Of a stretch of 64,000 nt of DNA, positions 41,050-51,344 are shown piece after piece; the first letter of the stretch is position 1; every line of letters starts with the position of its first letter. The DNA is from Nitrospirota bacterium. Lineage in GTDB: Bacteria; Nitrospirota; UBA9217. Both the position numbers and the translations under genes were made by a program. The notes under the pieces were generated by a model. It saw only the letters and a program-made list of their open reading frames with translations, did no database searches and was not told where the DNA came from. Where the stretch lies: NCBI GenBank assembly GCA_963818475.1, contig CAWFSF010000005.1, positions 192,001 to 256,000 on the forward strand. The letters are read 5' to 3'.

Positions 41050-43725
41050 ATGAAACTGAGCATTGCCAAGAAACTGGTCCTTGTTTTTGCTCTGGGGCTG
41101 CTCTGCCTTGCCGGCATCGGATACCGCCTGTACCGCAACAATCACACCACGTCCGCAAAGCCCCTCCCCGCCGCGATCGATCAGGCGCTTCCGAAGTCGC
41201 TGGCCGGCCTGCGCGCTATCCTCAAGGACCTTGAGACAGCGGAACTGGGCTATGCCCTTTCGGGGGAAGAACAGTATAAAACAGCCATCCGCACTGCCGC
41301 AGTTGACGTGCACCGGCTCATGGGCGACATGAAGTCTCTGTCCGATGCCGCGCCGGCGCGGCATCAGAACATCATGCAGATCGATCCCCTGATTACCCAG
41401 CGGATCCTGTTCTCGGAACAGGTGGTCGAGGCCAGGGACAGGCAAGGGCGAAAAAAGGCCTACGCACAGATACAGACAGGCTTAGGCAGGGAGATCGCCG
41501 CACAGATCGAGACCGGCCTGGCCGGCCTGGAGCAGGACAAGGCGCCCCCGCCTCCGGATCCGAATGCTGCGCAGGAACGGATCGGGTACTCCAGTTCGCT
41601 TCTGGTCGCAGCGGCCTACGGCATCGTGATCGTCATGGTCATCGTTGCGATCGTGCTCATCGGCAGGGCCATGCCGCGACGCGAGACCAGGACCTTCAGG
41701 AGCCTGCAGGAGCAGCTCACTATCTATAGCGACGGTTTGAAGGACCATGCCTCGATCATGCTCGATCCTGACGGCAGGATCACGGACTGGAACTCCGCTG
41801 CGCAGCGCTTGACCGGGTTCGGGCCCACAGACGTCGATGGCAGACATCTGGCGGCATTGTTCCCCGATGAAGATGTGCGGCTCGGCAAGCCCGATGGCTG
41901 CCTGAAGACCGCCCAGGCCGAGGGCCGGTGCGAGATCGCCGGCGCCTGCCTCCGCAAGGACGGCCCAACCTTCCCGGCGCGCTGGACCGTCTCTGCGATC
42001 AAGGATGAAGAAGACGGGCTCGAAGGATTCTCTGTGCTGGCCCGCGACGTGACCGAACTGAAGCGCGCCGAGGAACTGCTCGCGAAGCTCTCCCTTTCCG
42101 TGGAGCAGGCCGCCGACCTCGTGGTGATCACCAACCGGGAAGGCAAGGTCGAATTTGCAAACAAAGCGGTCGAGGAGGTCACCGGATATACCCGCGACGA
42201 ATTCCTTGCCGGCGGTATGGACCTGCTCCAGGCCGAGAAAAGTGACCGTCGCGATTACGCGGCGATGTGGGAGACTCTGCTCGCCGGTCAGCCGATCCAG
42301 GCGGAAGTGATATATACCCGCAAGAACGGCGAGTTCATCTACCTCGACGAGATCGCGACCCCGATCAAGGACAGCGAGGGTTCCGTGACCCACGTGGTCT
42401 TTACCGGCAGGGACCTGACGCCGGTCAAGCTCATGCGGGACAAGGTCGATTTCCTCTCTTCCTACGACGCGCTGACAGGCCTGCCGAACCGCAACCACTT
42501 CGACAGCCGCCTGACCCGCGATATCGCCCGGGAAGGGGCGGCCGCCATGGCGGTCCTGGCCATCGACATCGACCGGTTCAAGTACCTTAACGAGATCTAC
42601 GGCCTCGAAGCGGGCAACAAGGTCCTGCAGCAGGTGGCGGAAAGCCTGTCCGTTTCGGTCAGCAAGGGGGACATGGTCTGCCGCCTCGGCAGCGACGAGT
42701 TCGGCATGATGCTCCATGATATCGGCCGCCCTGCCGACGTGCTGCTCTTCGTCAAAATGATCATGAAGAACGTGCCGCAGATCATCATGTCGGGCGGCGA
42801 AGAGATCGCGGTCACCCTCGCCATCGGCATCGCCATGTTTCCCGCCGACGGGCAGGACGCCCGCACGCTCATGAAGAATGCGGACACTGCCCTGTCCAAG
42901 GCAAAGGACCTGGGCAGGAACCATTACCAGTTTTACACGGCGGACATGAACCTCGGCGTTTCGGAGCTGGTGTTCATGGAGCGCCGCCTCTCCGAAGCCC
43001 TCAGGAACCGCGAGTACGTCCTCACCTTCCAACCCTACTACCATCTTGCGACGCGGAAAGTCGCCGGCGCCGAGGCATTGCTCAAGTGGAACAATAACGA
43101 GTTCGGCATGGTCTCGCCCGCTAAGTTCATCCCCATGCTCGAAGAGACCGGCATGATCATCGATGTCGGCACCTGGGCGCTCAAGACCGCCTGCCAGCAG
43201 ATCAAGCACTGGAATGGCAACAACGGCCCCCGCGTCCCGATCGCGGTGAATCTCTCTCCCTCGCAGTTCCTGCATGAATACCTGGTCGAGACCGTGGAAA
43301 GCTCCATCCGGGAAGCAGGCATCGACCCGCGCCACCTCACGCTCGAGGTCACCGAAAGCACCTTCATGAAGAACCAGGAGTATGCCATCAGCATCCTCCG
43401 CCGCCTCAAGGAGCTGGGCGTATCGATCTCGATCGACGACTTCGGCACCGGATATTCTTCGCTCAGCTACCTCAAGAAGTTCCCCGTGGACTACGTCAAG
43501 ATCGACCAGTCCTTTATCAAGGACGTGGCCCTGGATCCCGACGCCACCTCGCTGGTCTCCGCCATCATTCAGATGACGCACAGCCTGAACCTGAAAACCA
43601 TCGCAGAAGGCATTGAGACCGAGGAGCAGTGGAAACTGCTGCGGCTGCTGAAGTGCGACATGGCGCAGGGTTTCTACTTCAGCAAGGCAGTTTCGCCGCA
43701 GGAGCTTGAGCAGTTACTGGGGTAG
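41050..43725 (+). CDS. CHASE3-PAS-PAS-GGDEF(GSDEF)-EAL protein, probable c-di-GMP phosphodiesterase
   Basis: EALLKW, EVTES, DDFGTGYSS, KIDQSF, AEGIE, QGF; degenerate GSDEF. Confidence 0.9.
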   Translation: MKLSIAKKLVLVFALGLLCLAGIGYRLYRNNHTTSAKPLPAAIDQALPKSLAGLRAILKDLETAELGYALSGEEQYKTAIRTAAVDVHRLMGDMKSLSDAAPARHQNIMQIDPLITQRILFSEQVVEARDRQGRKKAYAQIQTGLGREIAAQIETGLAGLEQDKAPPPPDPNAAQERIGYSSSLLVAAAYGIVIVMVIVAIVLIGRAMPRRETRTFRSLQEQLTIYSDGLKDHASIMLDPDGRITDWNSAAQRLTGFGPTDVDGRHLAALFPDEDVRLGKPDGCLKTAQAEGRCEIAGACLRKDGPTFPARWTVSAIKDEEDGLEGFSVLARDVTELKRAEELLAKLSLSVEQAADLVVITNREGKVEFANKAVEEVTGYTRDEFLAGGMDLLQAEKSDRRDYAAMWETLLAGQPIQAEVIYTRKNGEFIYLDEIATPIKDSEGSVTHVVFTGRDLTPVKLMRDKVDFLSSYDALTGLPNRNHFDSRLTRDIAREGAAAMAVLAIDIDRFKYLNEIYGLEAGNKVLQQVAESLSVSVSKGDMVCRLGSDEFGMMLHDIGRPADVLLFVKMIMKNVPQIIMSGGEEIAVTLAIGIAMFPADGQDARTLMKNADTALSKAKDLGRNHYQFYTADMNLGVSELVFMERRLSEALRNREYVLTFQPYYHLATRKVAGAEALLKWNNNEFGMVSPAKFIPMLEETGMIIDVGTWALKTACQQIKHWNGNNGPRVPIAVNLSPSQFLHEYLVETVESSIREAGIDPRHLTLEVTESTFMKNQEYAISILRRLKELGVSISIDDFGTGYSSLSYLKKFPVDYVKIDQSFIKDVALDPDATSLVSAIIQMTHSLNLKTIAEGIETEEQWKLLRLLKCDMAQGFYFSKAVSPQELEQLLG

Positions 43726-44036
43726 GCCGGGCAACGTGGTGCGTTTCGTTTCACCAGAAGAAGTGCGAAGATGCAGGATTGGCCTGTTCAGTTACCTCGA
43801 ACGTGTTCTTTTGAGGAAGTTCCACCATCGGGCAGTCACGATAGATGGTGATGGTTTTGAGCACCTTCATTTTTTAGCACCTGATGCTTCATTTCCCTGA
43901 GAGGTTTGGCAGCAACAGGCTCGAATCTGCTCCACACATCCAACCACTCTTCCTTCAGTCGCAAGGCTTTTCCTATCGTAGGAGAACTTCATTCAGGCAA
44001 GCTCCGCCAGAGAATAACGATACCCGGCGGAGGCTG

Positions 44037-45944
44037 TCAGTTCGTCCGGTTCAATCCGTGTTTATAGAGGTAGCTCTCCCCCTGGTAGTAGCTCACCATG
44101 TCCGTGACGTCGGCATCTCGCGGTGCTGTCGCGATCACGTTTCCGCTGTTCCGATCGAAGGCATAACCGGCAAGGTATTTTTGCGGACCCATGATGTACA
44201 GCCTGTCGCCCTTGATGAAGCCGAGCTTCTGATAGGTGGAGATGAAGGCGCGCGCCTGGGAAGGGTCCATCTTCAGGATGTCCTTGCCGAAGAACTTCGT
44301 CCGGTAGCTGAAGTTCAGCAGGCCCAGGACGGTGGGGGCGATGTCGATCTGGCTGGCAAGGGTGTCGATCCTTCCGGGTTTCACCTGCGACGGCGCGTAA
44401 ATGAGAAGTGGTATCTCGTACCGTTTCACCGGCAGTTCCGTTTTCCCTGCGCTTCCCGCGCAGTGGTCGGCGACGATGACGATGATGGTGTCCCGGAACC
44501 AGAGCCTGTCCTTTGCCTCTTTGATGAATCTTCCGATGGCGTAGTCAGCGTACTTCACCCCGCCGTCGCGCCCTGCCGCTGAGGGGATATCGATCTTTCC
44601 GGCGGGATAGGTGAAGGGACGGTGGTTCGAGGTGGTCATGACCAGGTTGAAGAAGGGCTTTCCGGCGGCATGGGACCGGTCCGCTTCCGTGATGACCTTT
44701 CTGAACAGATCTTCGTCGCAGACGCCCCAGGCGTTGTCGAACGTCACTTCTTTTCCGGAAAAATCACCCCGGTCCACGATGTCGAAACCATTGTGGCTGA
44801 AAAAGTAATTCATATTGTCGAAGTACCCGTGGCCCGCGTAGATGAACTTCGTGTCGTAGCCCCTGCCACGCATGAGCGATCCCCAGGAGAAGAAACCTTC
44901 ATTCTTCGTGCGCTTAATCATGGAACTACCGGGGAGCGGCGGCAGGGAAAGGGTGATCGCTTCGAGTCCGCGCACGGTCCTCGTGCCCGTGGCGTAGAGG
45001 TGCGTGAAGAGTAGCGACTGTTTCGCGAGCCGATCGAGGTTCGGCGTCAGGCCGCCGGCGTTGCCGAACACGCCCAGGTACTCGGCGCTCAGGCTCTCTT
45101 CAACGATGACGATGACGTTGAGCTTCTGCTCCCTGCCGGAGTTCGTTATCTCCCGTGTAATATCGCGGACATCGCCGCTCACGAGGTGATTGTTCTTCTC
45201 TTTCACCAGGTCTCTGAGCCGCGCGAGCACCATGTCCTCGTCTTTCGTAGGATAGAATTTTTCAAAATCGATCTCGTTGTTCCGGAACGCAGCAAAGAGG
45301 TCGTAGATCCCGTTGCCGGCCACTTCGTTGGCGTAACTGTTGTTCGAGACGGATGTCCAGGACTGGTCCACCAGGACAAAGGCCAGCACCGGCAGAAGAA
45401 ACAGGACAGCGCCATACTTGATCCTTCGTGCGAAGCTGTCCGTAGCGAAGAAGGAACGATCGATGTACTTTCTGACGAGCAGGAACACCGCGGCAGCCGC
45501 CAGAAAGACGCCGGCCAGCAGCCAATTCAGATGATAGGATTCCCTGATATTGCCGATCACTTCACGGGTATAGACAAGGTAATCGATGGCGATAAAGTTG
45601 AACCGTGTCCCGAATTCGTCAAAAAACAGGTACTCTGCGACGGCATCAAAGAGAAGCGCCGCGAGGACGACAAAGAAGGCCAGCCGGACGAACGAACGAT
45701 GACCGGCGGTCCTGAATATCCTGTCGGGCACGGCAAGAAGGTAGAGCGCTGCAAGGGCGGCGAAGTATGAAAAGGCTGTGCTATCATAGAACAGACCCGC
45801 GGCGTACACCTTCATAATGAGCAACGGGGTCACCTCAACGTACGGAAGCGACTTGAGGAACAATACCATCCGGATAAGAAAGGAAAGGACCAGAAAGATA
45901 AAAAAGAGAAGGGAGAGAATCCCGAATCGGCTTTTTGAGAACAT
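44037..45944 (-). CDS. LTA synthase family / sulfatase-fold membrane phosphotransferase
   Basis: Multi-TM N-terminus; IVEESLS, TGTRTVRGLEA, TTSNHRP, VADH. Confidence 0.9.
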   Translation of the reverse strand: MFSKSRFGILSLLFFIFLVLSFLIRMVLFLKSLPYVEVTPLLIMKVYAAGLFYDSTAFSYFAALAALYLLAVPDRIFRTAGHRSFVRLAFFVVLAALLFDAVAEYLFFDEFGTRFNFIAIDYLVYTREVIGNIRESYHLNWLLAGVFLAAAAVFLLVRKYIDRSFFATDSFARRIKYGAVLFLLPVLAFVLVDQSWTSVSNNSYANEVAGNGIYDLFAAFRNNEIDFEKFYPTKDEDMVLARLRDLVKEKNNHLVSGDVRDITREITNSGREQKLNVIVIVEESLSAEYLGVFGNAGGLTPNLDRLAKQSLLFTHLYATGTRTVRGLEAITLSLPPLPGSSMIKRTKNEGFFSWGSLMRGRGYDTKFIYAGHGYFDNMNYFFSHNGFDIVDRGDFSGKEVTFDNAWGVCDEDLFRKVITEADRSHAAGKPFFNLVMTTSNHRPFTYPAGKIDIPSAAGRDGGVKYADYAIGRFIKEAKDRLWFRDTIIVIVADHCAGSAGKTELPVKRYEIPLLIYAPSQVKPGRIDTLASQIDIAPTVLGLLNFSYRTKFFGKDILKMDPSQARAFISTYQKLGFIKGDRLYIMGPQKYLAGYAFDRNSGNVIATAPRDADVTDMVSYYQGESYLYKHGLNRTN

Positions 45945-46032
45945 GGGGGCTCCTGCCGGAGGTCGGCGGACGCGGCGAGCGCCTTTTACGCCAGGGGTAG
46001 AAATCCGAGCAGGTAGATAATACCGGGATATG

Positions 46033-46070
46033 ATGACGGGAAGATTGCCGGAAGATTACCGTTTGGCAAT
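46033..46070. promoter_or_regulatory. putative OmpR/CusR-type binding array upstream of the LTA-synthase-family gene
   Basis: ATGAC/ATTGC/ATTAC at 11-bp spacing, ending in the quasi-palindrome ATTAC-N6-GCAAT. Confidence 0.45.
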
Positions 46071-47507
46071 GTTTAGGGAAGTCTGAGTCGGGTCAGCGGA
46101 GGCGGACCGCCGGGGAAGAGACACGGTGAAGGTGCTGCCTTTGCCTGGCGAACTCGCAACCACCAGGGAGCCGCCGTGCCGCACGGCCACTGCCTGGGCC
46201 AGGCTGAGCCCCAGCCCGGTGCCGGCCTGGGACCTGCTGCTGTCACCGCGGTAGAACCGTGTGAAGATATGGGGCAGGTCCTTCCCGGGGATACCGATGC
46301 CAGTGTCGCTCACTGAGATCGTCACCAGTTCGCCGCGGTCGCGCACGGAAACCGTCACCTGTCCGTGGGACGGCGTGTACTTCAGCGCGTTGTCGATGAG
46401 GTTGGCCACCATCCTCTGGAGACGCTGGAGATTTCCGCGGACAACAGAACGCTCTGCCGCGTCCGTCACGAGCGCGATGGACTTATCCTCTGCCAGGGGC
46501 AGGAAGAGCTCGCAGGCGTCCCTCGCCAGTGCGGCGATATCGACGTCCTCCATCGTGAGCGGGCTTGCGCCTGCCTCGGTCTCGGTGATATCGAGCATGG
46601 TATTGATCATCTCCAGGAGGCGGTCGCACTCCTCGATGGTGGTTGCCGCCAACGCCTCGCGCTCGCCCGCTTCTCCGCCTGTTGTCAGGGCCATTTCGGC
46701 AATGCCCCGCATCCTGGCAATGGGACTGCGGAGATCATGGGCAATATTGTCCGTCATCTCCCGCATTCCCGTGATCAGGGCGTGGATGCGGTCAAGCATG
46801 ATGTTGAACGCCGTTGCCAGCCTGTCTATTTCTTCGCTCCGGGCCTTCACGGAAACGCGCAATTCCAACGCCCCCCCTGCTATCTTCGTCGCCGTCCGGG
46901 TGACTTCCTCCAGGCCCTGGAGTGCGCGCCTGGCCATGAACCATCCGATCAACACAGCGGTGCCCATGAGGGCAGCCAGGGTGATCCCGAATATCTGCTT
47001 GAGCATCTCCATGAACGCTTCATCGTCATCCAGGGACTCGCCTACCTGCATGATCGCACCCGGGCCGATGCTCCCGTACACCACCCGGACGCCGTGGTGT
47101 TGTCCCGGGATCGTGAGCGTCGTAAAAACCCGCCCGCTGCCCCCGGCTATCCTCCTCAATGCCGTCGCGTCGACGGGCAGGCTCTTCCACGGCGACAGGT
47201 TCGAAGAGGCGAGCTCCTTCCCGTCCGGTGTCACCACGCGGAAGAACACGTCCTTCACGCCCTGCGACTCGGCCTCCAGTGCAATATTCGCCTTGACCGC
47301 CCCCATGCCCTGAGCGGTGAAGAGAAAAGAGAACTCGGTTATTTCATTCGACAGCTCCTGGTCGGTCCGCCGCTGCGTGATGGAAGAGACGGAAACATAG
47401 AACAGGAGAAAGGCCGTCAGCGAGGATAGGACAAATATGCCCGCGTACCAGAGGGTCAGGCGGAAAGCCAGTGTGCGCCACAGTTTCCTAAATTTTTCGA
47501 AGAACAT
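46056..47507 (-). CDS. HAMP sensor histidine kinase (CusS-like)
   Basis: IAHDLRSP, NLIDNA, DTGIGI, GTGLGL. Confidence 0.92.
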   Translation of the reverse strand: MFFEKFRKLWRTLAFRLTLWYAGIFVLSSLTAFLLFYVSVSSITQRRTDQELSNEITEFSFLFTAQGMGAVKANIALEAESQGVKDVFFRVVTPDGKELASSNLSPWKSLPVDATALRRIAGGSGRVFTTLTIPGQHHGVRVVYGSIGPGAIMQVGESLDDDEAFMEMLKQIFGITLAALMGTAVLIGWFMARRALQGLEEVTRTATKIAGGALELRVSVKARSEEIDRLATAFNIMLDRIHALITGMREMTDNIAHDLRSPIARMRGIAEMALTTGGEAGEREALAATTIEECDRLLEMINTMLDITETEAGASPLTMEDVDIAALARDACELFLPLAEDKSIALVTDAAERSVVRGNLQRLQRMVANLIDNALKYTPSHGQVTVSVRDRGELVTISVSDTGIGIPGKDLPHIFTRFYRGDSSRSQAGTGLGLSLAQAVAVRHGGSLVVASSPGKGSTFTVSLPRRSASADPTQTSLNIAKR

Positions 47508-48162
47508 ATCCGGCCCCTCGGATGGTATGAATCAGCTTGATCTCAAAATCCTTGTCAATCTTCTCCCGCAGCCGGCATATCCGGGCTTCCACGATGTTCG
47601 TCTGAGGATCGAAGTTGTATTCCCAGACATGCTCCATGATCATGGTCTTGGAGACCACCTTGCCGGCGTTCCGCATCAGATACTCGAGAAGAGCGAATTC
47701 GCGCGGTTGCAGGTCGATGGTGCTGCCTTCCCGCGTTACTTCGCGCGTGAGCAGTTTCAGGGAAAGGCCTTCGTATTGGAGTGCGACGGGTTCGGGGGTC
47801 CCGCTCGCCCTTCTGATGAGCGCCTGCAGGCGCGCCAGAAGCTCGGAGAAGGAAAAGGGCTTGGTCAGGTAGTCGTCGCTTCCGGTCTGGAGCCCTCTGA
47901 TGCGGTCGTCGATGGAGCGCTTGGCGCTCAGGATAATGACGGGGAGGTTTCGCTTCTGTCGCCGGAGTTCCTCGATCACGGAGAGGCCGTCCCGCCCGGG
48001 CAGCATGATGTCGATGATGGCGGCGTCGAAGGATTCCGTCAGTGCCCTGTGCAGACCGGCCTCACCGTCCGCCGCATGCTCTGCAGTATAACCCGCCTCT
48101 TTCAGTCCCTTGAGTACAAAGGAGGCGATTTTCCGGTCATCTTCGATCAGCAATATCAACAT
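47488..48162 (-). CDS. OmpR-family response regulator (CusR-like)
   Basis: DIMLPG, DDYLTKPF, HTIRGAGY. Confidence 0.92.
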   Translation of the reverse strand: MLILLIEDDRKIASFVLKGLKEAGYTAEHAADGEAGLHRALTESFDAAIIDIMLPGRDGLSVIEELRRQKRNLPVIILSAKRSIDDRIRGLQTGSDDYLTKPFSFSELLARLQALIRRASGTPEPVALQYEGLSLKLLTREVTREGSTIDLQPREFALLEYLMRNAGKVVSKTMIMEHVWEYNFDPQTNIVEARICRLREKIDKDFEIKLIHTIRGAGYVLRKI

Positions 48163-48232
48163 ATTTTTTACTATGCATTTCTCCGCGTCTCAGCGCCTCT
48201 GCCGCTTATCTCTTTTTACGAATGGATCGATG

Positions 48233-48388
48233 TTATCGCACGAGCAAATAATACAGCACATAAAACCACGAGAAGAGCCCGTGTACGATAGCCCAGAGAA
48301 CCGACTTGTTAAGGCTCCAGGAGATCGTTATTGCCAGCGCTGATCCGAAGCTGATGCCTGACGACACGACAGTATTTCTATTCATCAT
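48233..48388 (-). CDS. small membrane protein (51 aa)
   Basis: MMNRNTVVSSGISFGSALAITISWSLNKSVLWAIVHGLFSWFYVLYYLLVR; AGGAG RBS; below ORF-track cutoff. Confidence 0.75.
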   Translation of the reverse strand: MMNRNTVVSSGISFGSALAITISWSLNKSVLWAIVHGLFSWFYVLYYLLVR

Positions 48389-48403
48389 TTTCTCCTATTC
48401 CCG

Positions 48404-50395
48404 TCACAGCGCTTCCGCCTTTGCCGTACTATGTACGGCTGAAATATGCGCCTTCGCAAGCTCTTCTTCAGAGATGGTAAACTTCTGCCCCGTCATCGCC
48501 TCCACCGCACTGACCAATGAAAGAGCGTCCATGCCGTGCTCCTTCAAGAGATACTGTTTGCTCGCCCCATGGCTGAAGGTATCTTTGAGCCCGATGCGCA
48601 CGAGCTTCTTTGCCAAGCCGGCCTCCGCCATTTGCTCGGCAATGATCGTGCCCAAGCCGCCGATGATGGTGTGGTTCTCCATAGTGACCACGCCGAACCG
48701 CGATCCGGCGATGGCATCAAGAACGGTCCTGTCGTTGAACGGCTTTAACGTGGAGATATGCATGTGCTGGATTGACAGCCCGCGTTTCTGAAGCACCTGT
48801 ATGGCACGCATCGCCTCCTCGGTCATAATGCCGCTGGTCAGGATCGTCAGGTCGCTGCCTTGGGACAGCACCCGGGCTGTGCCGAGCTGCATGGGCTCGG
48901 AACGGTCAAAGAGACGCGGCATTTCTCCCCGCAGCATCCTGACATAAACCGGGCCGTCGATCTTCTCGATGACCTCCAAAATGGTCTCCACCTCGGTCGC
49001 GTCCCCGCACTCCAGCACGGTCATGTTCGGAAGGGAGCGCATGATCGCGATGTCTTCGATGGCCTGATGGGTCGCACCGCCCGGCGTGGTGATGCCCGGA
49101 AGAAAACCGATCATCCTGACCGGCAGGTTGGGATAGGCCACGGACATGGCGATCTGATCGTAGGCGCGGCGGTAGATGAAGACCGCAAAGGTATGCACAA
49201 AGGGGATGAAGCCTTCCCGCGCAAGACCGCCGGCAAAGCTCAGCATGTTCTGTTCGGCGATGCCCATGGACAGGAAGCGGTCGGGATAGGTGTCCCGGAA
49301 CAGATCTATCTCTGTGGAGCTCGTGAGGTCGGCCGAGAGCACCAGCACCTTCGGCTTGTCCGCCGCCCATCGGACAAGGTTCTTCGCATGCACGCGGGTC
49401 ACGATCTCGGGGCCGGCTTGGGGTGCCTTTGCATCAGGCTTCACGGCCTGCGGAGAGGGTGCCTTTTCTCCGGACAGTTCCTCATAGGCCGAGATGTAGC
49501 GTTTTTTTTCCTCTTCGCTCGTGAACCGGACATAATGCATCTTCGGCACCCGGGACTTCAACACCTCAAGCCCCCGCGCCGCATCAGTGTCGCACAGCAC
49601 GACTACGGGCCGTCCGTCCGGCGTCAGCTCGCCGACCTCTGCCAGGCGCTTGATGTCATGGCCGTTCACGCGGAACACGCGGGCGCCGAACGCCTCGAGC
49701 CGTTTGTCCAGCGGTTCGATGTCCATGACATTGCACATCTTGCCGTCGCACTGGAACCCGTTCACGTCGACATAGATGATCACGTTGTCGAGCATGTGAT
49801 GGGACATGGCCTGAAGCGCTTCCCAGGTCTGGCCGATCTGGAACTCGCCGTCGGACATGAATAGGACGACCCTGCCCTTTTCCCCGTTTCGTTTGCGCGC
49901 CAGGGCCGTGCCTGCCGCCTGGCTGATGCCCTGGCCGAGCGAGCCGGTCATGGACTCCATGCCCGGCGAGTGCTCGGCTCCGATCATCTCGACCGAGCTT
50001 CCGTCCTTGTTGAACTGGAGCAGGCCTTCTTCCGCCATGCGGCCCGTCTCGATCAGCGTTGCATACAGGACCAGGGCGTACTGGGCCGGGGAAAGAAAGA
50101 ACCGGTCGCGGTCCTTGCCCGGGCCGTTAAAGGATGCACCGGTAAAGTAATGCGGATTACCGGGGCCGGGCACGCCGGGGAAGGGCTTGGGCACGAGCGG
50201 CGCATCGATAGCGCCGAGGTCCATCACTTTGACGTAAAGCGTTGCAAGCATCTCCGCCGAAGAACAGGCCTGCGAGAGATACCCGCCGTTGTTCCTGATC
50301 GTGTGGTCGAGCACGCGCTTCCGGATGCCGGCTGCCACGCGCTTCACCTCGTTCTGCCACTGAGTTGAATCTTTTTTCTGGTCACTTGTCTTCAT
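48404..50395 (-). CDS. transketolase-like enzyme, fused N- and C-terminal subunits
   Basis: TGSLGQG, SDGE...W, GIAEQNM, GGATHQAIED, ENH...GGLG. Confidence 0.88.
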   Translation of the reverse strand: MKTSDQKKDSTQWQNEVKRVAAGIRKRVLDHTIRNNGGYLSQACSSAEMLATLYVKVMDLGAIDAPLVPKPFPGVPGPGNPHYFTGASFNGPGKDRDRFFLSPAQYALVLYATLIETGRMAEEGLLQFNKDGSSVEMIGAEHSPGMESMTGSLGQGISQAAGTALARKRNGEKGRVVLFMSDGEFQIGQTWEALQAMSHHMLDNVIIYVDVNGFQCDGKMCNVMDIEPLDKRLEAFGARVFRVNGHDIKRLAEVGELTPDGRPVVVLCDTDAARGLEVLKSRVPKMHYVRFTSEEEKKRYISAYEELSGEKAPSPQAVKPDAKAPQAGPEIVTRVHAKNLVRWAADKPKVLVLSADLTSSTEIDLFRDTYPDRFLSMGIAEQNMLSFAGGLAREGFIPFVHTFAVFIYRRAYDQIAMSVAYPNLPVRMIGFLPGITTPGGATHQAIEDIAIMRSLPNMTVLECGDATEVETILEVIEKIDGPVYVRMLRGEMPRLFDRSEPMQLGTARVLSQGSDLTILTSGIMTEEAMRAIQVLQKRGLSIQHMHISTLKPFNDRTVLDAIAGSRFGVVTMENHTIIGGLGTIIAEQMAEAGLAKKLVRIGLKDTFSHGASKQYLLKEHGMDALSLVSAVEAMTGQKFTISEEELAKAHISAVHSTAKAEAL

Positions 50396-50436
50396 AGCTT
50401 CTATACATGCTCCTACAGGACCAAAATAAAAACCGT

Positions 50437-50550
50437 CTCACGCGGAGACGCGGAGTACGCGGAGAAAAGCGGTATCGTTTGTTATTCTAAACCCTTACTC
50501 TTGGTACATTGTCTTTGCTATTCTCCGCGATCTCCGTGCCTCCGCGAGAA
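50437..50550. repeat. inverted pair of 9-nt-period REP-like repeats
   Basis: CTCACGCGGAGACGCGGAGTACGCGGAGAA ... TTCTCCGCGATCTCCGTGCCTCCGCGAGA. Confidence 0.65.
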
Positions 50551-50801
50551 AATTCTTTCCGGTTCAAAAGCTCGCTCTTCGGGTGTTGATTATTGCGCAT
50601 GCCTGAATGTTAGTCAAGGCGAAATTTTTCGAAACCGCGCGCCACCATTTATATTGACCGGCATGGCTGGATTTGTTATATTTGGCGCACTTTTTATGAA
50701 TTCGGACTAAATACGCTCGGAGTACATACTCAAGCTTTTTTTGGGAAACGATGCTGCCCTGCATTCCAGGATCAACGCCTGGTGAAAGCAAAGACGGTTC
50801 T

Positions 50802-51344
50802 ATGGCACTGAAAGCAACTGTTTATAAAGCCGAACTGCAGGTCTCCGACATGGGCCGCAGCTACTACCAGGACCACTCGCTCACCATCGCCCGCCAGCCA
50901 TCGGAAACCGACGAGCGGATGATGATGCGGCTGCTTGCCTTTGCCCTCCACGCCAGCGACTCGCTCGCCTTTGCCAACCGGCTGACCACCGACGACGAAC
51001 CCGACCTCTGGCAGAACGACCTGACCGGCAACATCGAGCTTTGGATCGACATCGGCCAGCCCGACGAGAAACGCATGTTCAAGGCCTGCGGCCGGGCCCG
51101 GCAGGTGTTCGTGTATACCTACAGCGGACACAGCGCCAAGGTCTGGTGGGACCAGGTCAGTCCCAAACTCGAACGGGTCAAAAACCTGACCGTGGTCAAC
51201 CTGCCTGCAGCTGCAGCCCAGGCCATGGAAAAAATGGCACAGCGCTCGATGCAGCTCCAGTTCACGATCCAGGAAGGACAGGTCTGGATGGCGGACCAGA
51301 ACACGACGGTGCACATAGAGTTGACCGTGCTGAAAAGCCCGTAA
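50802..51344 (+). CDS. yaeQ: YaeQ family protein
   Basis: MALKATVYKA, PSETDERMMMRLLA, DEPDLW, WIDIGQPDE. Confidence 0.92.
   Translation: MALKATVYKAELQVSDMGRSYYQDHSLTIARQPSETDERMMMRLLAFALHASDSLAFANRLTTDDEPDLWQNDLTGNIELWIDIGQPDEKRMFKACGRARQVFVYTYSGHSAKVWWDQVSPKLERVKNLTVVNLPAAAAQAMEKMAQRSMQLQFTIQEGQVWMADQNTTVHIELTVLKSP

Noticed and set aside
36695-43581. Long antisense ORFs (36695-38401, 41482-43581; also 33698-35248)
   Set aside because: Shadow frames of high-GC genes with recognisable products on the opposite strand
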